Positions 29,387 to 39,582 of a DNA stretch of 64,000 nt are shown one piece after another. The notes under the pieces are model-generated. The model was given only the letters and a program-made list of their open reading frames with translations. It was not told the origin of the DNA and made no database searches. Source of the DNA: an uncultured Candidatus Rokubacteria bacterium (GTDB taxonomy: Bacteria > Methylomirabilota > Methylomirabilia > Rokubacteriales > CSP1-6); assembly GCA_963762145.1 (NCBI GenBank), contig CAVXJS010000009.1:352001-416000 (forward strand), given 5' to 3'. The position numbers and the translations under genes were made by a program. Position 1 is the stretch's first letter. Every line of letters starts with the position of its first letter.

Positions 29387-30256
29387 ATGCTGCAGCGCCA
29401 GGTCGGTGAGGTCGTCATCAATCGCGTCATCGAGTCCGAGCGGCCGGACTTCGACGCCGCCGGGTTCTTCCCGAAGGTCACGCCCGAGCAGTGGGCGCCC
29501 TACCGGGAGCGGCTCGCGGGCTGGGCCATGGACGTAGGCCTGAACGGCCTGGTCTTCCCGATGCAGTCGTTCCTGCTCCGCACGCGGCATCACACCATCG
29601 TGGTGGACACCTGCGTGGGCGACCACAAGGAGCGCGCGCGGCCCAACTGGAACATGACGTCGAGCGGCGACTACCTCAAGCGCTTCGCCGAGACCGGCGT
29701 CCGGCCGGAGCAGGTGGACTTCGTCATGACCACCCACTTCCACACCGACCACGTGGGCTGGAACACGCGGTGGGAGAACGGGCGCTGGGTGCCGACCTTC
29801 CCCAATGCGAAGTACGTCATGTCCGAGAAGGAGTGGACGTACTGGTCGGCCATGCACAAGGAGACGCCCCAGAACCAGATCGCGGACAGCGTGATCCCGA
29901 TCGTCGAGGCGGGCCGCGCCCAGCTCGTGCGCAACGACTTCGCGATCGACGACGAGGTCCGCTTCGAGTCGACCGCCGGGCACACCCCCGACCACATGAG
30001 CGTGCACGTGGAGTCCAATGGCCAGCACGCGGTGATCACGGGCGACCTGATCCACTCCCCGGTGCAGCTCCAGGAAACCGCGTGGGTCACGCGCCCCGAC
30101 TTCGACCCCCAGCAGGCCGCCGCGACCCGGCGCTCCTTCCTCGAGCGCTACTGCGAGCAGGACGTGCTCGTGTGCGCCTCGCACTTCCCCTCGCCCTCCT
30201 TCGGGCGCGTGGTGCGCGAGGGCAACGGGTTCTGGTTCGAGTACGCGAAGGCCTGA
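29387..30256 (+). CDS. MBL-fold metallo-hydrolase
   Basis: THFHTDHVGWN, GHTPDH, GDLIH, SHF. Confidence 0.9.
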   Translation: MLQRQVGEVVINRVIESERPDFDAAGFFPKVTPEQWAPYRERLAGWAMDVGLNGLVFPMQSFLLRTRHHTIVVDTCVGDHKERARPNWNMTSSGDYLKRFAETGVRPEQVDFVMTTHFHTDHVGWNTRWENGRWVPTFPNAKYVMSEKEWTYWSAMHKETPQNQIADSVIPIVEAGRAQLVRNDFAIDDEVRFESTAGHTPDHMSVHVESNGQHAVITGDLIHSPVQLQETAWVTRPDFDPQQAAATRRSFLERYCEQDVLVCASHFPSPSFGRVVREGNGFWFEYAKA

Positions 30257-31284
30257 TGGCCGCCCGGAAGAAGAACCACGACTGGCTCGCCCTGACCGTC
30301 GAGGAGCCCATCGAGCCTGACCTGCCGATCTGCGACCCGCACCACCACCTGTGGGACGGCGAGACCGCCCGCGTCGTCCCGCGCTATCTCCTCGACGAGA
30401 TCCTGGAGGACACCGGGGCCGGTCACAACGTCGTCTCCACCGTGTTCATCGAGTGCGGCGCGATGTTCAAGCCCGACGGGCCGGAAGCGCTCCGCTCCGT
30501 CGGGGAGACCGAGTTCGTGAACGGCATCGCGGCGATGAGCGCCTCCGGCCTCTACGGCAAGACGCGCGTCGCCGCCGGGATCGTGGGCACCGCCCAGCTG
30601 CGCCTGGGCGCGGCCGCCGCGCCGGTGCTCGACGCGCAGATCGCGGCCGGCGGGGGCCGCTTCCGCGGCATCCGCCTGGGCGCGGCCTGGGACGCCGATC
30701 CGGCGGTACCCAATCATCGCACCCGCCCCCCGCAGGGGATGCTCGGGCACGACGACTTCCGCGCCGGCTTCGCCTTGCTGGCGCCGCGACGACTCACCTT
30801 CGAGGCCTGGTGCTATCACCGCCAGATCCCCGACGTGACCGCGCTGGCCCGCGCCTACCCCGACACCACGATCATCCTCGACCACTTCGGCGGGCCGCCG
30901 GGCGTCGGCGCGTATGCGGGCCGGGCCAAGGAGGTCTACGCGGAGTGGCGCGGCTTCGTCACCGAGCTCGCCACGTGTCCCAACGTGGTGGCCAAGCTCG
31001 GCGGCATCAACATGGAGGTCAACGGCTTCGCCTGGCACGAGCGGCCCCGGCCGCCGTCCAGCCAGGAGCTGGCCGACGCCACGCGGCCCTACTACGAGTA
31101 CACCATCGAGAGGTTCGGCGTGGACCGCTGCATGTTCGAGTCGAACTTCCCGGTGGACGCGGTGAGCTGCAGCTACACGGTCTTGTGGAACTCGTTCAAG
31201 CGCCTCACCGCGAAGTACTCGGCGGCCGAGAAAGCCAAGCTCTACCACGACACCGCGGCGCGAGTGTACCGGCTCGCGTCCTAG
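30256..31284 (+). CDS. amidohydrolase-2 family protein (lactonase-like)
   Basis: TGATG coupling; [29 protein letters not shown]. Confidence 0.9.
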   Translation: MAARKKNHDWLALTVEEPIEPDLPICDPHHHLWDGETARVVPRYLLDEILEDTGAGHNVVSTVFIECGAMFKPDGPEALRSVGETEFVNGIAAMSASGLYGKTRVAAGIVGTAQLRLGAAAAPVLDAQIAAGGGRFRGIRLGAAWDADPAVPNHRTRPPQGMLGHDDFRAGFALLAPRRLTFEAWCYHRQIPDVTALARAYPDTTIILDHFGGPPGVGAYAGRAKEVYAEWRGFVTELATCPNVVAKLGGINMEVNGFAWHERPRPPSSQELADATRPYYEYTIERFGVDRCMFESNFPVDAVSCSYTVLWNSFKRLTAKYSAAEKAKLYHDTAARVYRLAS

Positions 31285-32213
31285 TCGGCCAGGTCGGCGA
31301 AGAGCGGCGTGCTCAGGTAGCGCTCGCCGAACGAGGGGATGATCACGACGATCAGCTTCCCCGCGCTCTCCGGCCGGCGCGCGACCTCCACCGCGGCCCA
31401 CAGCGCGGCGCCCGACGAGATCCCGACCAGGAGCCCTTCCTCGCGCGCGGCCCGGCGGGCGGTCGCGAAGGCGTCGTCGTTCTTCACCCGCATGATCTCG
31501 TCGTAGATCTTGGTGTTGAGCACCTCGGGCACGAACCCCGCGCCGATGCCCTGGATCGGATGCGGGCCCTTCGCCCCGCCCGACAGGACCGGCGAGGCGT
31601 CGGGCTCCACCGCCACGCAGCGGAAGCTGGGCTTGCGCGCCTTCAGCACCTCGCCGACCCCGGTGATCGTGCCGCCGGTGCCGATGCCGGCCACCAGCAC
31701 GTCGGCCCGACCGTCGGTGTCCCGCCAGATCTCCTCCGCGGTGGTCCGGCGGTGGATCTCCGGGTTCGCCGGGTTCTGGAACTGCTGGGGGATGAAGTAG
31801 CGTGAGTCGCCGGCCGCCAGCTCCTCCGCCCGCTTGATCGCGCCCGCCATGCCCTCGGCGGCCGGAGTGAGGATGAGCTCGGCCCCGTAGGCGCGCAAGA
31901 GCAGCCGCCGCTCCTTGCTCATGCTCTCCGGCATCGTGAGCGCGAGCTTGTAACCCCGGGCCGCGCAGACGAACGCCAGCCCGATGCCGGTATTGCCGCT
32001 GGTCGGCTCGAGGATGATCGTGTCGGGCTTGATCCGACCGGCCTTCTCGGCCGCGTCGATCATGGCCACCCCGATGCGGTCCTTCACGCTGTGGGCCGGG
32101 CTGTAGAACTCGAGCTTGGCCACCACCTGGCCCGCGGCGCCCTCGGTCAGCCGCCGGATGCGCACCAGCGGCGTGTTGCCGACGAGCGCGGTCACGTCCT
32201 CCGCGATGCGCAC
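31281..32213 (-). CDS. cysK: cysteine synthase A
   Basis: VGNTPLV, SVKDR PLP-Lys motif, [34 protein letters not shown]. Confidence 0.95.
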   Translation of the reverse strand: MRIAEDVTALVGNTPLVRIRRLTEGAAGQVVAKLEFYSPAHSVKDRIGVAMIDAAEKAGRIKPDTIILEPTSGNTGIGLAFVCAARGYKLALTMPESMSKERRLLLRAYGAELILTPAAEGMAGAIKRAEELAAGDSRYFIPQQFQNPANPEIHRRTTAEEIWRDTDGRADVLVAGIGTGGTITGVGEVLKARKPSFRCVAVEPDASPVLSGGAKGPHPIQGIGAGFVPEVLNTKIYDEIMRVKNDDAFATARRAAREEGLLVGISSGAALWAAVEVARRPESAGKLIVVIIPSFGERYLSTPLFADLAD

Positions 32214-32215
32214 GG

Positions 32216-32965
32216 TCAGCGCAGGCCGCCGGCGACGAGCAGCGTCTCGCCGCTCACCCAGCCCGCGTCCTCCGAGGCCAGGAAGACCACCGCCGGGGCG
32301 ATGTCCCCGGGCTGGCCGATCCGGCCGAGCGGCGTCTTGTTCTCGATCTCCTTGCGGAAGTCGCTCTCCATGATGCCGGCGGCGTGGACGCCCTCGGTCT
32401 CCACCATGCCGGGATTGACCGCGTTCACGCGGATGCCGCGCGGACCGAGCTCCTTGGCCAGCACCCCGGTGATGGCGTCCACCGCGGCCTTGGTGGCGGT
32501 GTAGACCGCGGTGTTGGGCGGCATGAGCCGGCTGGCGGTCGAGCTGACGTTGACGATGCTGCCGCCCGTGGCGCCGAAGTGCTTGACCGCTTCCTTCGAG
32601 GCCAGGAGCAGCCCCAGGACGTTCACGTCGAACTGCCGGTGGAAGTGCTCCTCGGTGATGTCCTCGATCGGCTGGAACTCGTAGACCCCCGCATTGTTGA
32701 CGAGGATGTCGAGGCGCCCGAAGGCGCTCCGCGCCTCCGAGAAGAGCCGCGTGATGTCGGCCGGCCGCGCCAGGTCCGCCTGCACCGCGATGGCCCGGCC
32801 ACCGTCGCGGGTGATCTCGGAGACCACGCGGTCCGCTCCGGCCCGGCTCGACGCGTAGTTGACCACGACCGCGGCGCCTTCCGCGGCCAGGTGCTTGGCG
32901 ATCGAGGCGCCGATCCCCTTGGATGCTCCGGTCACGACCGCCACCTTGTCCTTGAGCTTGCCCAT
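32216..32965 (-). CDS. short-chain dehydrogenase/reductase (glucose 1-dehydrogenase-like)
   Basis: [17 protein letters not shown]. Confidence 0.9.
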   Translation of the reverse strand: MGKLKDKVAVVTGASKGIGASIAKHLAAEGAAVVVNYASSRAGADRVVSEITRDGGRAIAVQADLARPADITRLFSEARSAFGRLDILVNNAGVYEFQPIEDITEEHFHRQFDVNVLGLLLASKEAVKHFGATGGSIVNVSSTASRLMPPNTAVYTATKAAVDAITGVLAKELGPRGIRVNAVNPGMVETEGVHAAGIMESDFRKEIENKTPLGRIGQPGDIAPAVVFLASEDAGWVSGETLLVAGGLR

Positions 32966-33093
32966 GTCCCAGGTCCTCCGTGTCTCTTTGGATGTCCGGG
33001 AGGCGGCCGGGGTTCCCGCGCGAGGCCGGGGGGAAGTAGAATCCCTCGGGCACGAGGATCCATCTCAACCCACGACGAGTGTTTGGAGGCCGC

Positions 33094-34089
33094 ATGGACC
33101 CCGCTGGCAGCTTGCAGTTCCTCGAGCAGTACGGCGTCCTGATCCTCCCGGCCCTGGTGATCGCCGAGCAGATCGGCATTCCGCTGCCCGCGGTGCCGGC
33201 CCTCCTCGGGGCCGGGGCCCTCGCCGCGCACGGCCGCATCGACGTCCCGCTGCTGGTCGTCGCCATCTCGATCGCGGCCCTGACCACCGATCTCGTCTGG
33301 TACGAGCTCGGCCGGCGGCGCGGCGCGGTGGTCCTGTCGACGCTCTGCCGCCTCTCCCTCGAGCCGGACTCGTGCCTGCGCCGGGCCGAGGACACGTTCG
33401 TCCGTCACGGAGTGCGGGGCATGCTCATCGCGAAGTTCGTCCCCGGGCTGACCACGGTGATGCCGCCCCTCGCAGGGGTCTTCGCGGTCGGCCGCGTGCG
33501 CTTCGTCCTCTACGACCTCGCGGGGGTGCTCCTCTGGGCGGGCACGTGGCTGACGCTGGGATACGTCTTCGCCGACGCCATCACCCTGGTGACCGCCCGG
33601 GCCACCGCCCTCGGGCAGATGCTCGGACTGGTCGTGGTGGGCGCGCTCGCGGCCTACGTCCTGCTCAAGCTGGTGCGCCGCCGTCTCTTTCTCCGGAAGC
33701 TCCGCATGGCGCGCATCTCGCCCGCGGCGCTGAAGCTGCGCCTCGACGGCGGAGAGGACGTCGCGATCATCGATCTGCGGACGCCGCTCGACGTCGCGGC
33801 CACCCCGTACGCGATTCCCGGGAGCCGCTGGCTGGCCGTCGAAGCCATCGACGCGGCGGAGGCGGCGCGGCTCCGCACCCGCGAGGTGGTGCTCTACTGC
33901 GCGTGCCCCAACGAGGCGACGAGCGCCCGGGTGGCGCTGCTCCTCCAGCGGCAGGGCATCACGCGGGTCCGTCCGCTCGAGGGCGGCCTCGCCGCCTGGA
34001 TGGAGCTGGGCTTTCCGGTGCTCGCGGTCGACCCGCCCGCGGTCGCGGTCGACGAGCGCGCGGGCCGCGTCCCGTCGCGAGCCGCGTAG
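33094..34089 (+). CDS. DedA/VTT membrane protein fused to a rhodanese domain
   Basis: [14 protein letters not shown]; C-terminal IIDLR...LYCACPNE...PLEGGLAAW. Confidence 0.9.
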   Translation: MDPAGSLQFLEQYGVLILPALVIAEQIGIPLPAVPALLGAGALAAHGRIDVPLLVVAISIAALTTDLVWYELGRRRGAVVLSTLCRLSLEPDSCLRRAEDTFVRHGVRGMLIAKFVPGLTTVMPPLAGVFAVGRVRFVLYDLAGVLLWAGTWLTLGYVFADAITLVTARATALGQMLGLVVVGALAAYVLLKLVRRRLFLRKLRMARISPAALKLRLDGGEDVAIIDLRTPLDVAATPYAIPGSRWLAVEAIDAAEAARLRTREVVLYCACPNEATSARVALLLQRQGITRVRPLEGGLAAWMELGFPVLAVDPPAVAVDERAGRVPSRAA

Positions 34090-34098
34090 CGGTCCGGT

Positions 34099-34677
34099 TC
34101 AGCGCACCCGCAGACCGATCCGGCCCCACCGCGTGTTGCCTCCCGCGTCCGAGGACCAGTAGATCCGGTCCGCCCGTCCGATGATCTGGGTCTGCGCGAC
34201 GGGCCCCCAGTGGCGGCTGTCCTCCCCGGCATTCCGATTGTCGGCCATCAGGAAGACGGCACCGGGTGGAATCTGCAGTGGTCCGACGTCCTTGGCCGCG
34301 CGCACCTCGTCGGAGAAATCCGCGTAGGGCTCGGCGAGCGGCCGGCATCCCTCCATCCGGGGCTCGCAGTTGATGTACACGTCGCGTCCCTGGACCACGA
34401 TCTCCTCCCCGGCCAGGCCCACGATCCGCTTCACCAGGGTCTCGCTCGCGTCGGCCGGATCGGTGAAGACGACGAGGTCGCCCCGCTTCCGCCAGTGTGC
34501 CGCCTTGTCCATCATGACGTAGTCCCCCACCAGGAGCGTCGGGGCCATCGACGTCGACGGGATCCAGACACCCTCGAAGCGGTGACGGACGGCGAGCGGC
34601 AGCGCGACGACGAGCGCGAGGACCGCGAGGAGTGCCAGCGTCCAGAAGACGCGGCTGATGGCCATGCGTTCACTCAT
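34099..34677 (-). CDS. lepB: signal peptidase I
   Basis: IPSTSMAPTLLVGD (Ser), LVKRIVG (Lys), DNRNAGEDSRHWG; TATAGT 6 nt before the ATG (leaderless). Confidence 0.9.
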   Translation of the reverse strand: MSERMAISRVFWTLALLAVLALVVALPLAVRHRFEGVWIPSTSMAPTLLVGDYVMMDKAAHWRKRGDLVVFTDPADASETLVKRIVGLAGEEIVVQGRDVYINCEPRMEGCRPLAEPYADFSDEVRAAKDVGPLQIPPGAVFLMADNRNAGEDSRHWGPVAQTQIIGRADRIYWSSDAGGNTRWGRIGLRVR

Positions 34678-34754
34678 GCGTTCACTATAGATGATGGCGG
34701 GTGGCGGCTATATCATGTCTCGCGGAGGGAGCCGGCCATGAGGATATCCGCGAC

Positions 34755-35540
34755 GTGCTGAGGACAGGATTTGTCGGCCTGATTCTGCTAGCATCTGGCG
34801 CCATGACCGACATCACGCCCGCCGTCCGCGCCGACCTCGCTCCGACCGGGAAGCTCCGGGCCGCCATCAACTACGGCAACTTCATCCTCGCCACCAAGGA
34901 CAAGGCGACCGGCGAGTCGAGGGGCGCGGCGATCGACCTGACGCAGGAGATCGCGAAGCGCCTTGGCGTCCCGGTCGAGATCGTCGCGTACGACAGCGTG
35001 GCGGTCATGGGCGACGCCGCGCCGAGCGGGGTGTGGGACATCGCGTTCCTCGGGTCCGACCCGGCGCGCGAGAAGATCATGAGCTTCACCGCCGCGTATC
35101 TCGAGATCGAGGCCACCTATCTCGTGCCCGGCGCCTCCCCGCTGCGCACCGCCGCGGAGGTCGACCGGGAGGGTGTGCGGGTGGCCGCGCCGGCGCGGGC
35201 GAACTACGAGCTCTACCTGAGCCGCAACCTCAAGCGCGCGCAGCTCGTGTCCGCGCCGAGCGCGGACGCGGCGTTCGAGCTGCTCGCGACCGGCAAGGTG
35301 GAGGCCCTGGCCGGCCTGACCCAGGGCCTGCTCGGCCTCGCGCCGAAGCTGCCCGGATCGCGCGTGATCGACGGGCGGTTCATGGGCGTGCAGCAGTCCA
35401 TCGCGGTGCCGAAGGGCAAGGACGCCGGCCTGCTCTACCTGCGCGGCGTCGTCGAGGACGCCAAGACGTCCGGGCTCGTGGCCCGCGCCATCGAGCGGAC
35501 CGGCGCGAAGGGCGTCTCGGTGGCGCCGGCCGCGAGGTAG
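34755..35540 (+). CDS. PBP2 / amino-acid ABC-type substrate-binding protein (start uncertain: 34755 or 34803)
   Basis: LAPTGKLRAAINYGN, WDIAFL; hydrophobic leader FVGLILLASGA. Confidence 0.8.
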   Translation: MLRTGFVGLILLASGAMTDITPAVRADLAPTGKLRAAINYGNFILATKDKATGESRGAAIDLTQEIAKRLGVPVEIVAYDSVAVMGDAAPSGVWDIAFLGSDPAREKIMSFTAAYLEIEATYLVPGASPLRTAAEVDREGVRVAAPARANYELYLSRNLKRAQLVSAPSADAAFELLATGKVEALAGLTQGLLGLAPKLPGSRVIDGRFMGVQQSIAVPKGKDAGLLYLRGVVEDAKTSGLVARAIERTGAKGVSVAPAAR

Positions 35541-35579
35541 CGCGGTGGCCACCCCTAACGACCGACAAGGAGAGAGAGC

Positions 35580-36647
35580 ATGGAGATCCCCCGCACGATG
35601 AAGGCGACCGTGCTCGTCGCCCCGCACCGCTTCGAGCTGCTCGAGCAGCCGGTGCCGGTGCCGGGCGACGAGGACGTCCTCGTCCGCGTGCGCGCCTGCG
35701 GCGTCTGAGGGACGGACCTGAAGATCATCCACACCGGCATGCCGAAGATGCCGCCCTACGGCGAGTTCATCTTCGGTCACGAGTACGCGGGCGACGTGGT
35801 CGCCATCGGCCGGACGGTGGACGAGTTTCGGGTGGGCGACCGGGTGGTCGTCGAGGCGCACATGGGCTGCCGCCGCTGCGAGAACTGCATCCGTGGGCTC
35901 TACACCGCCTGTCTGAACTACGGCAACACGAAGCGTGGGCATCGCGCCAACGGGTTCACGACCAACGGGGGGCTCGCCGAGTACGCGGTGAACCACGTCA
36001 ACACGCTGTATCGCATCCCCGACGGGGTGGACTACGACGAGGCGACCGTGGTGATGACCTCGGGCAGCCCGCTCTTCGGCCTCGAGAACGCGGGCGGCTA
36101 CTTCGCCGGCGAGACGGTGGCGGTCCTCGGCCCGGGCCCGATCGGCCTCATGGCCATCCAGCTCGTCAAGGCGCTCGGGGCCACGCGCGTGATCCTCACC
36201 GGCACTCGCCCCTCCCGCCTGGCCATGGGCCGGCAGCTCGGCGCCGACGTCCTCGTCAACAGCCGGGAGACCGATCCGGTGGCCGCGGTGATGGAAGCGA
36301 CCGCCGACAAGGGCGCCGACCTCGTGATCGACTGCGCGGGCGGCGACGATACGTTCGACCAGTCCATCAAGATGGCCAAGTCCGGCGGCAAGGTGCTGCT
36401 GGTGGCCTTCTACCACGGTCCCGTGACCGCCGACGTGAGCCACGCGGTCCGGCGCAACATCACGATCTACACGGAGCGCGGCGAAGGCGGCACCAGCGTG
36501 GGCCGCGCGCTGGCGCTGCTGGCCGCCGGGCGGCTCACCGCCAAGCCGCTCATCACGCACCACTTCCCGCTCAGCCGCGTCCACGAGGCGATGGAAGTCC
36601 TCGAGAAGCGCATCGGCGACCCGCTCAAGGTGGTCTTGCTGCCGTGA
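35580..36647 (+). CDS. Zn-dependent alcohol dehydrogenase (MDR family), predicted selenoprotein with Sec43 at in-frame TGA 35706-35708
   Basis: AAGGAG SD and ATG 35580; MKATVLVAP...VLVRVRACGV-TGA-GTDLKI...GH67E68 reads in frame into ORF 35739-36647; structural-Zn CRRCENC-x7-C; GPGPIG. Confidence 0.85.
35709..35756 (+). promoter_or_regulatory. candidate bacterial SECIS element of the ADH gene
   Basis: CGGCAT(35735-40)-GCCGAAG loop-ATGCCG(35748-53); loop begins with G, 32 nt after the UGA. Confidence 0.45.
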
Positions 36648-37603
36648 GGCGCCCGGCGTGCCGCCGCCTGATTGCGGCCGTGCTCGCGGCGGTCTGCCTG
36701 GTGGCGGGACCGGCGGCCGCGTTTCCCGACCGGCCGCTGGAGCTGACCGTGCTGTTCGGCGCGGGCAGCGCCGCCGACCTCCTCGCCCGCAAGCTGGCCG
36801 AGCTGGCCGGCAAGGGCTTGGGGCAGCCGGTCGCGGTCGTCAATCGCACCGGCGCGGGCGGGGCGCTCGGCTACACGCACGTGAAAGGTCAGAATGCGGA
36901 CGGCTACGCGCTCGTCTGGAACTCCAACAGCGTCAGCACCGCGTATCACGCCGGCAACATGAAGCTCGACTACACCGCGTTCGCCGGGGTGGCGGCGCTG
37001 ACCAGCGAGCCGGTCTCCCTCGCGGTCAAGGCCGACGCGCCGTGGAAGGACATCCGGGATCTGCTCGCTCACGCGAAGGCGAATCCGGGCCAGGTGCGCG
37101 TCGGCAACTCCGGCCGGGGCAGCTTCACCCATCTCATGGCGGTCGCGCTCGAGAACCGGGCCGGCGTCAAGCTCACCCACGTGCCGTTCGGCCGTGAGCT
37201 GGCGGTGACCACGGTGCTCGGCGACAAGATCGAGGCGAGCGTGCAGCTTCCGGCCGAGATCATGACTCAGGTGACCGGCCGCCAGGTGCGGGTGCTCGCG
37301 ATCACCGGGGACCGGCGGCTGGCCAGCCTCCCGGAGGTCCCCACCCTGAAGGAGAGCGGGGTGGATCTCACCATGTCGCTCTGGCGCGGCATCGCGGTGC
37401 CGAAGGGCACGCCGGAGGCGGTGATCGCGCGGCTCGAGCGCGCATTCACGCAGGCCGCCCAGGACGCCGAGTTTCGCGACTTCGCGGCCCGCATGGGAAC
37501 GGTGATCGACGTCCGGGGCGCCCGGGACTTCGACGCGTTCATGGCGCGCGACGACCGGGACATCGCGGCGCTGATGGAGCAGATCGGGCTCAAGAAACAG
37601 TAG
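36644..37603 (+). CDS. tctC: TTT substrate-binding protein TctC/Bug
   Basis: GTGA overlap with the ADH; FPDRPLELTVLFGAGSAAD, NRTGAGG, PEVPTLKESG. Confidence 0.9.
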   Translation: MRRPACRRLIAAVLAAVCLVAGPAAAFPDRPLELTVLFGAGSAADLLARKLAELAGKGLGQPVAVVNRTGAGGALGYTHVKGQNADGYALVWNSNSVSTAYHAGNMKLDYTAFAGVAALTSEPVSLAVKADAPWKDIRDLLAHAKANPGQVRVGNSGRGSFTHLMAVALENRAGVKLTHVPFGRELAVTTVLGDKIEASVQLPAEIMTQVTGRQVRVLAITGDRRLASLPEVPTLKESGVDLTMSLWRGIAVPKGTPEAVIARLERAFTQAAQDAEFRDFAARMGTVIDVRGARDFDAFMARDDRDIAALMEQIGLKKQ

Positions 37604-37604
37604 C

Positions 37605-38045
37605 GTGAGCCCGCGCTCCGCCGCGCGCCGCGATCAGTGGAGCGCCGTCGGCCTGGCGGTCCTCGCGCTGGGCTACCTGCTCGCCGGCCGCCGCTACCCG
37701 CTCGACACGCTCGCCACGCCCGGGCCGGGCGTCTTCCCCCTCGCGGCCGGACTCGCGCTGCTGGCACTGGCCGTCTGGCAGCTCCTCGCGGCCCGGCGCG
37801 CGGCGCCGGACCCCGCCGACGGCGGCGCCGTGCCGCGGGCCCCGCTGCTCATGGCCGCGGTGCTCGCGCTCTACGCGGCCACCCTGCCCGTGCTCGGCTT
37901 CATGCTCACGTCGCTCGGGCTCGTGTTCGTCGCCGCCCGGCTCATGGGACTCGGCGGCTGGTGGCGACCGGCCGCGCTCGCGCTCGGCGTCACCGCGGCC
38001 AGCCGTCTGCTCTTCGGCACCTGGCTGGGTGTGCCCCTGCCATGA
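37605..38045 (+). CDS. tctB: TTT small permease TctB
   Basis: PGPGVFP motif, 4 TM segments, C-terminal LGVPLP. Confidence 0.85.
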   Translation: MSPRSAARRDQWSAVGLAVLALGYLLAGRRYPLDTLATPGPGVFPLAAGLALLALAVWQLLAARRAAPDPADGGAVPRAPLLMAAVLALYAATLPVLGFMLTSLGLVFVAARLMGLGGWWRPAALALGVTAASRLLFGTWLGVPLP

Positions 38046-39523
38046 GCGAGCTGTTCGTCGCGCTGACGCCCGGCAACCTCCTGGCCTGCTTCGCGGGCGT
38101 CGTCCTCGGCACCATCGTGGGCGTGCTGCCCGGGCTGGGGCCGGCCGGCGCCATGGCGCTCGTCCTGCCGCTGACGATCAAGCTCGGGCCGACGGCCGGG
38201 CTCATCATGCTGGCCGGGATCTACTACGGCTCGATGTACGGAGGCTCGACGACGTCGATCCTCGTCAACGTCCCCGGGGAGGCGGCCAGCGTCGTCACCA
38301 CCATCGACGGCTATCGTCTCGCGCGGAAGGGACGGGCCGGGGCCGCCCTGGCCATCGCCGCGATCGCGTCCTTCGTGGCCGGCACCTTCAGCGTGGTCGC
38401 GCTTCAGGTCGCGGCGCCGCTCGTCTCCCGCCTCGCGCTGGCCTTCGGCCCCGCCGAGTACTTCGCGTTCGCGCTGCTGGGCGTCACCGTGCTGGCCAAC
38501 CTGACCGGCGGCGCGCGCGCGAAGTCGCTGGCCATGGTCGTGACCGGCGTCATGCTGTCCACCGTCGGCATGGATCCCCTCGGCGGCACCGTGCGCTTCA
38601 CCTTCGACGTGGCGGGCGCCCAGGCCGGGCTCAGCTTCATCGCGGTGACGGCCGGCCTGTTCGGGGTCGCCGAGGTGCTGGCCACGATGGCCGCGCCGGG
38701 GGCCGCCGCGCCGGTGGCGCGCGTGCGCTTCCGCGCGCTGTACCCGAGCCGCGAGGAGCTGCGGCGCTCGGTGCCGCCGATGCTGCGCGGCACCGTGCTG
38801 GGCTTCCTGGTCGGCCTCATCCCCGGCCCGGCGGCGACGATCGCGTCCTTCGTGTCGTACGGCGTGGAGAAGCGCGTGTCGCGCTACCGGCACGAGATCG
38901 GGACCGGCGCCATCGAGGGGGTGGCCGGGCCCGAGGCGGCCAACAACGCGGCGGCCGGCGGCGGCATGGTCCCGCTGCTTGCGCTCGGCCTGCCGTTCAC
39001 GCCATCCACCGCCGTCCTGCTCAGCGGCATGCTCCTCATGAGCGTCACGCCGGGTCCGTTCCTGCTCCGCGATCACCCCCAGGTGTTCTGGGGGGTCATC
39101 GGCAGCTTCTACATCGGCAACGTGATGCTGCTGCTCCTCAACCTGCCGCTGGTCGGCATCTTCGCCCGGGTGGCCACCGTCCCGCCGCGCTACCTGATGC
39201 CGGGCGTCCTGGTGCTGTGCGCGGTCGCGGCCTACTCCGACAACAACAACGCGTTCGACGTCTGGGTGATGGTGGGCGCCGGCGTCCTCGGCTACGCGAT
39301 GCGCGGGCTCGGTTATGATCCGGCGCCCCTGGTGCTCGGCCTCGTGCTGGGCCCGGTCCTGGAGCGCTCGCTGCTCCAGGCGCTCACGATCGGGCGCGGC
39401 GACCTGCGTGAGCTGTGGTCATCGGCGCCCGCCACGATCATGCTGGCCGCCACCGCGGTGGTGCTCCTGGCGCCCGCCGCTCGGGCGGGCCTGCGACTCT
39501 GGACCCGCGCGCGCGTGTCGTGA
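38042..39523 (+). CDS. tctA: TTT large permease TctA
   Basis: IYYGSMYGGSTTSILVNVPGEAASVVTTIDGY; GPEAANNA. Confidence 0.9.
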   Translation: MSELFVALTPGNLLACFAGVVLGTIVGVLPGLGPAGAMALVLPLTIKLGPTAGLIMLAGIYYGSMYGGSTTSILVNVPGEAASVVTTIDGYRLARKGRAGAALAIAAIASFVAGTFSVVALQVAAPLVSRLALAFGPAEYFAFALLGVTVLANLTGGARAKSLAMVVTGVMLSTVGMDPLGGTVRFTFDVAGAQAGLSFIAVTAGLFGVAEVLATMAAPGAAAPVARVRFRALYPSREELRRSVPPMLRGTVLGFLVGLIPGPAATIASFVSYGVEKRVSRYRHEIGTGAIEGVAGPEAANNAAAGGGMVPLLALGLPFTPSTAVLLSGMLLMSVTPGPFLLRDHPQVFWGVIGSFYIGNVMLLLLNLPLVGIFARVATVPPRYLMPGVLVLCAVAAYSDNNNAFDVWVMVGAGVLGYAMRGLGYDPAPLVLGLVLGPVLERSLLQALTIGRGDLRELWSSAPATIMLAATAVVLLAPAARAGLRLWTRARVS

Positions 39524-39582
39524 GGAGCCGGTCACGTCCTCGAGGATTCGGCTCCGGGTAGGGTCACTTCACGTTTCGCAGG

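Noticed and set aside
31281-34089. cysK and DedA-rhodanese near the Sec-ADH as a selenium-supply cluster
   Set aside because: Different orientations and transcription units, both are common genes, and there is no selD/selA/selB in the window; proximity alone is insufficient.
34738-34761. SD-preceded mini-ORF MRISATC-TGA, tested as a third Sec read-through or a leader peptide
   Set aside because: Read-through meets further stops within about 10 codons. It is more likely the true or vestigial start of the downstream binding protein's signal peptide, offset by an indel.
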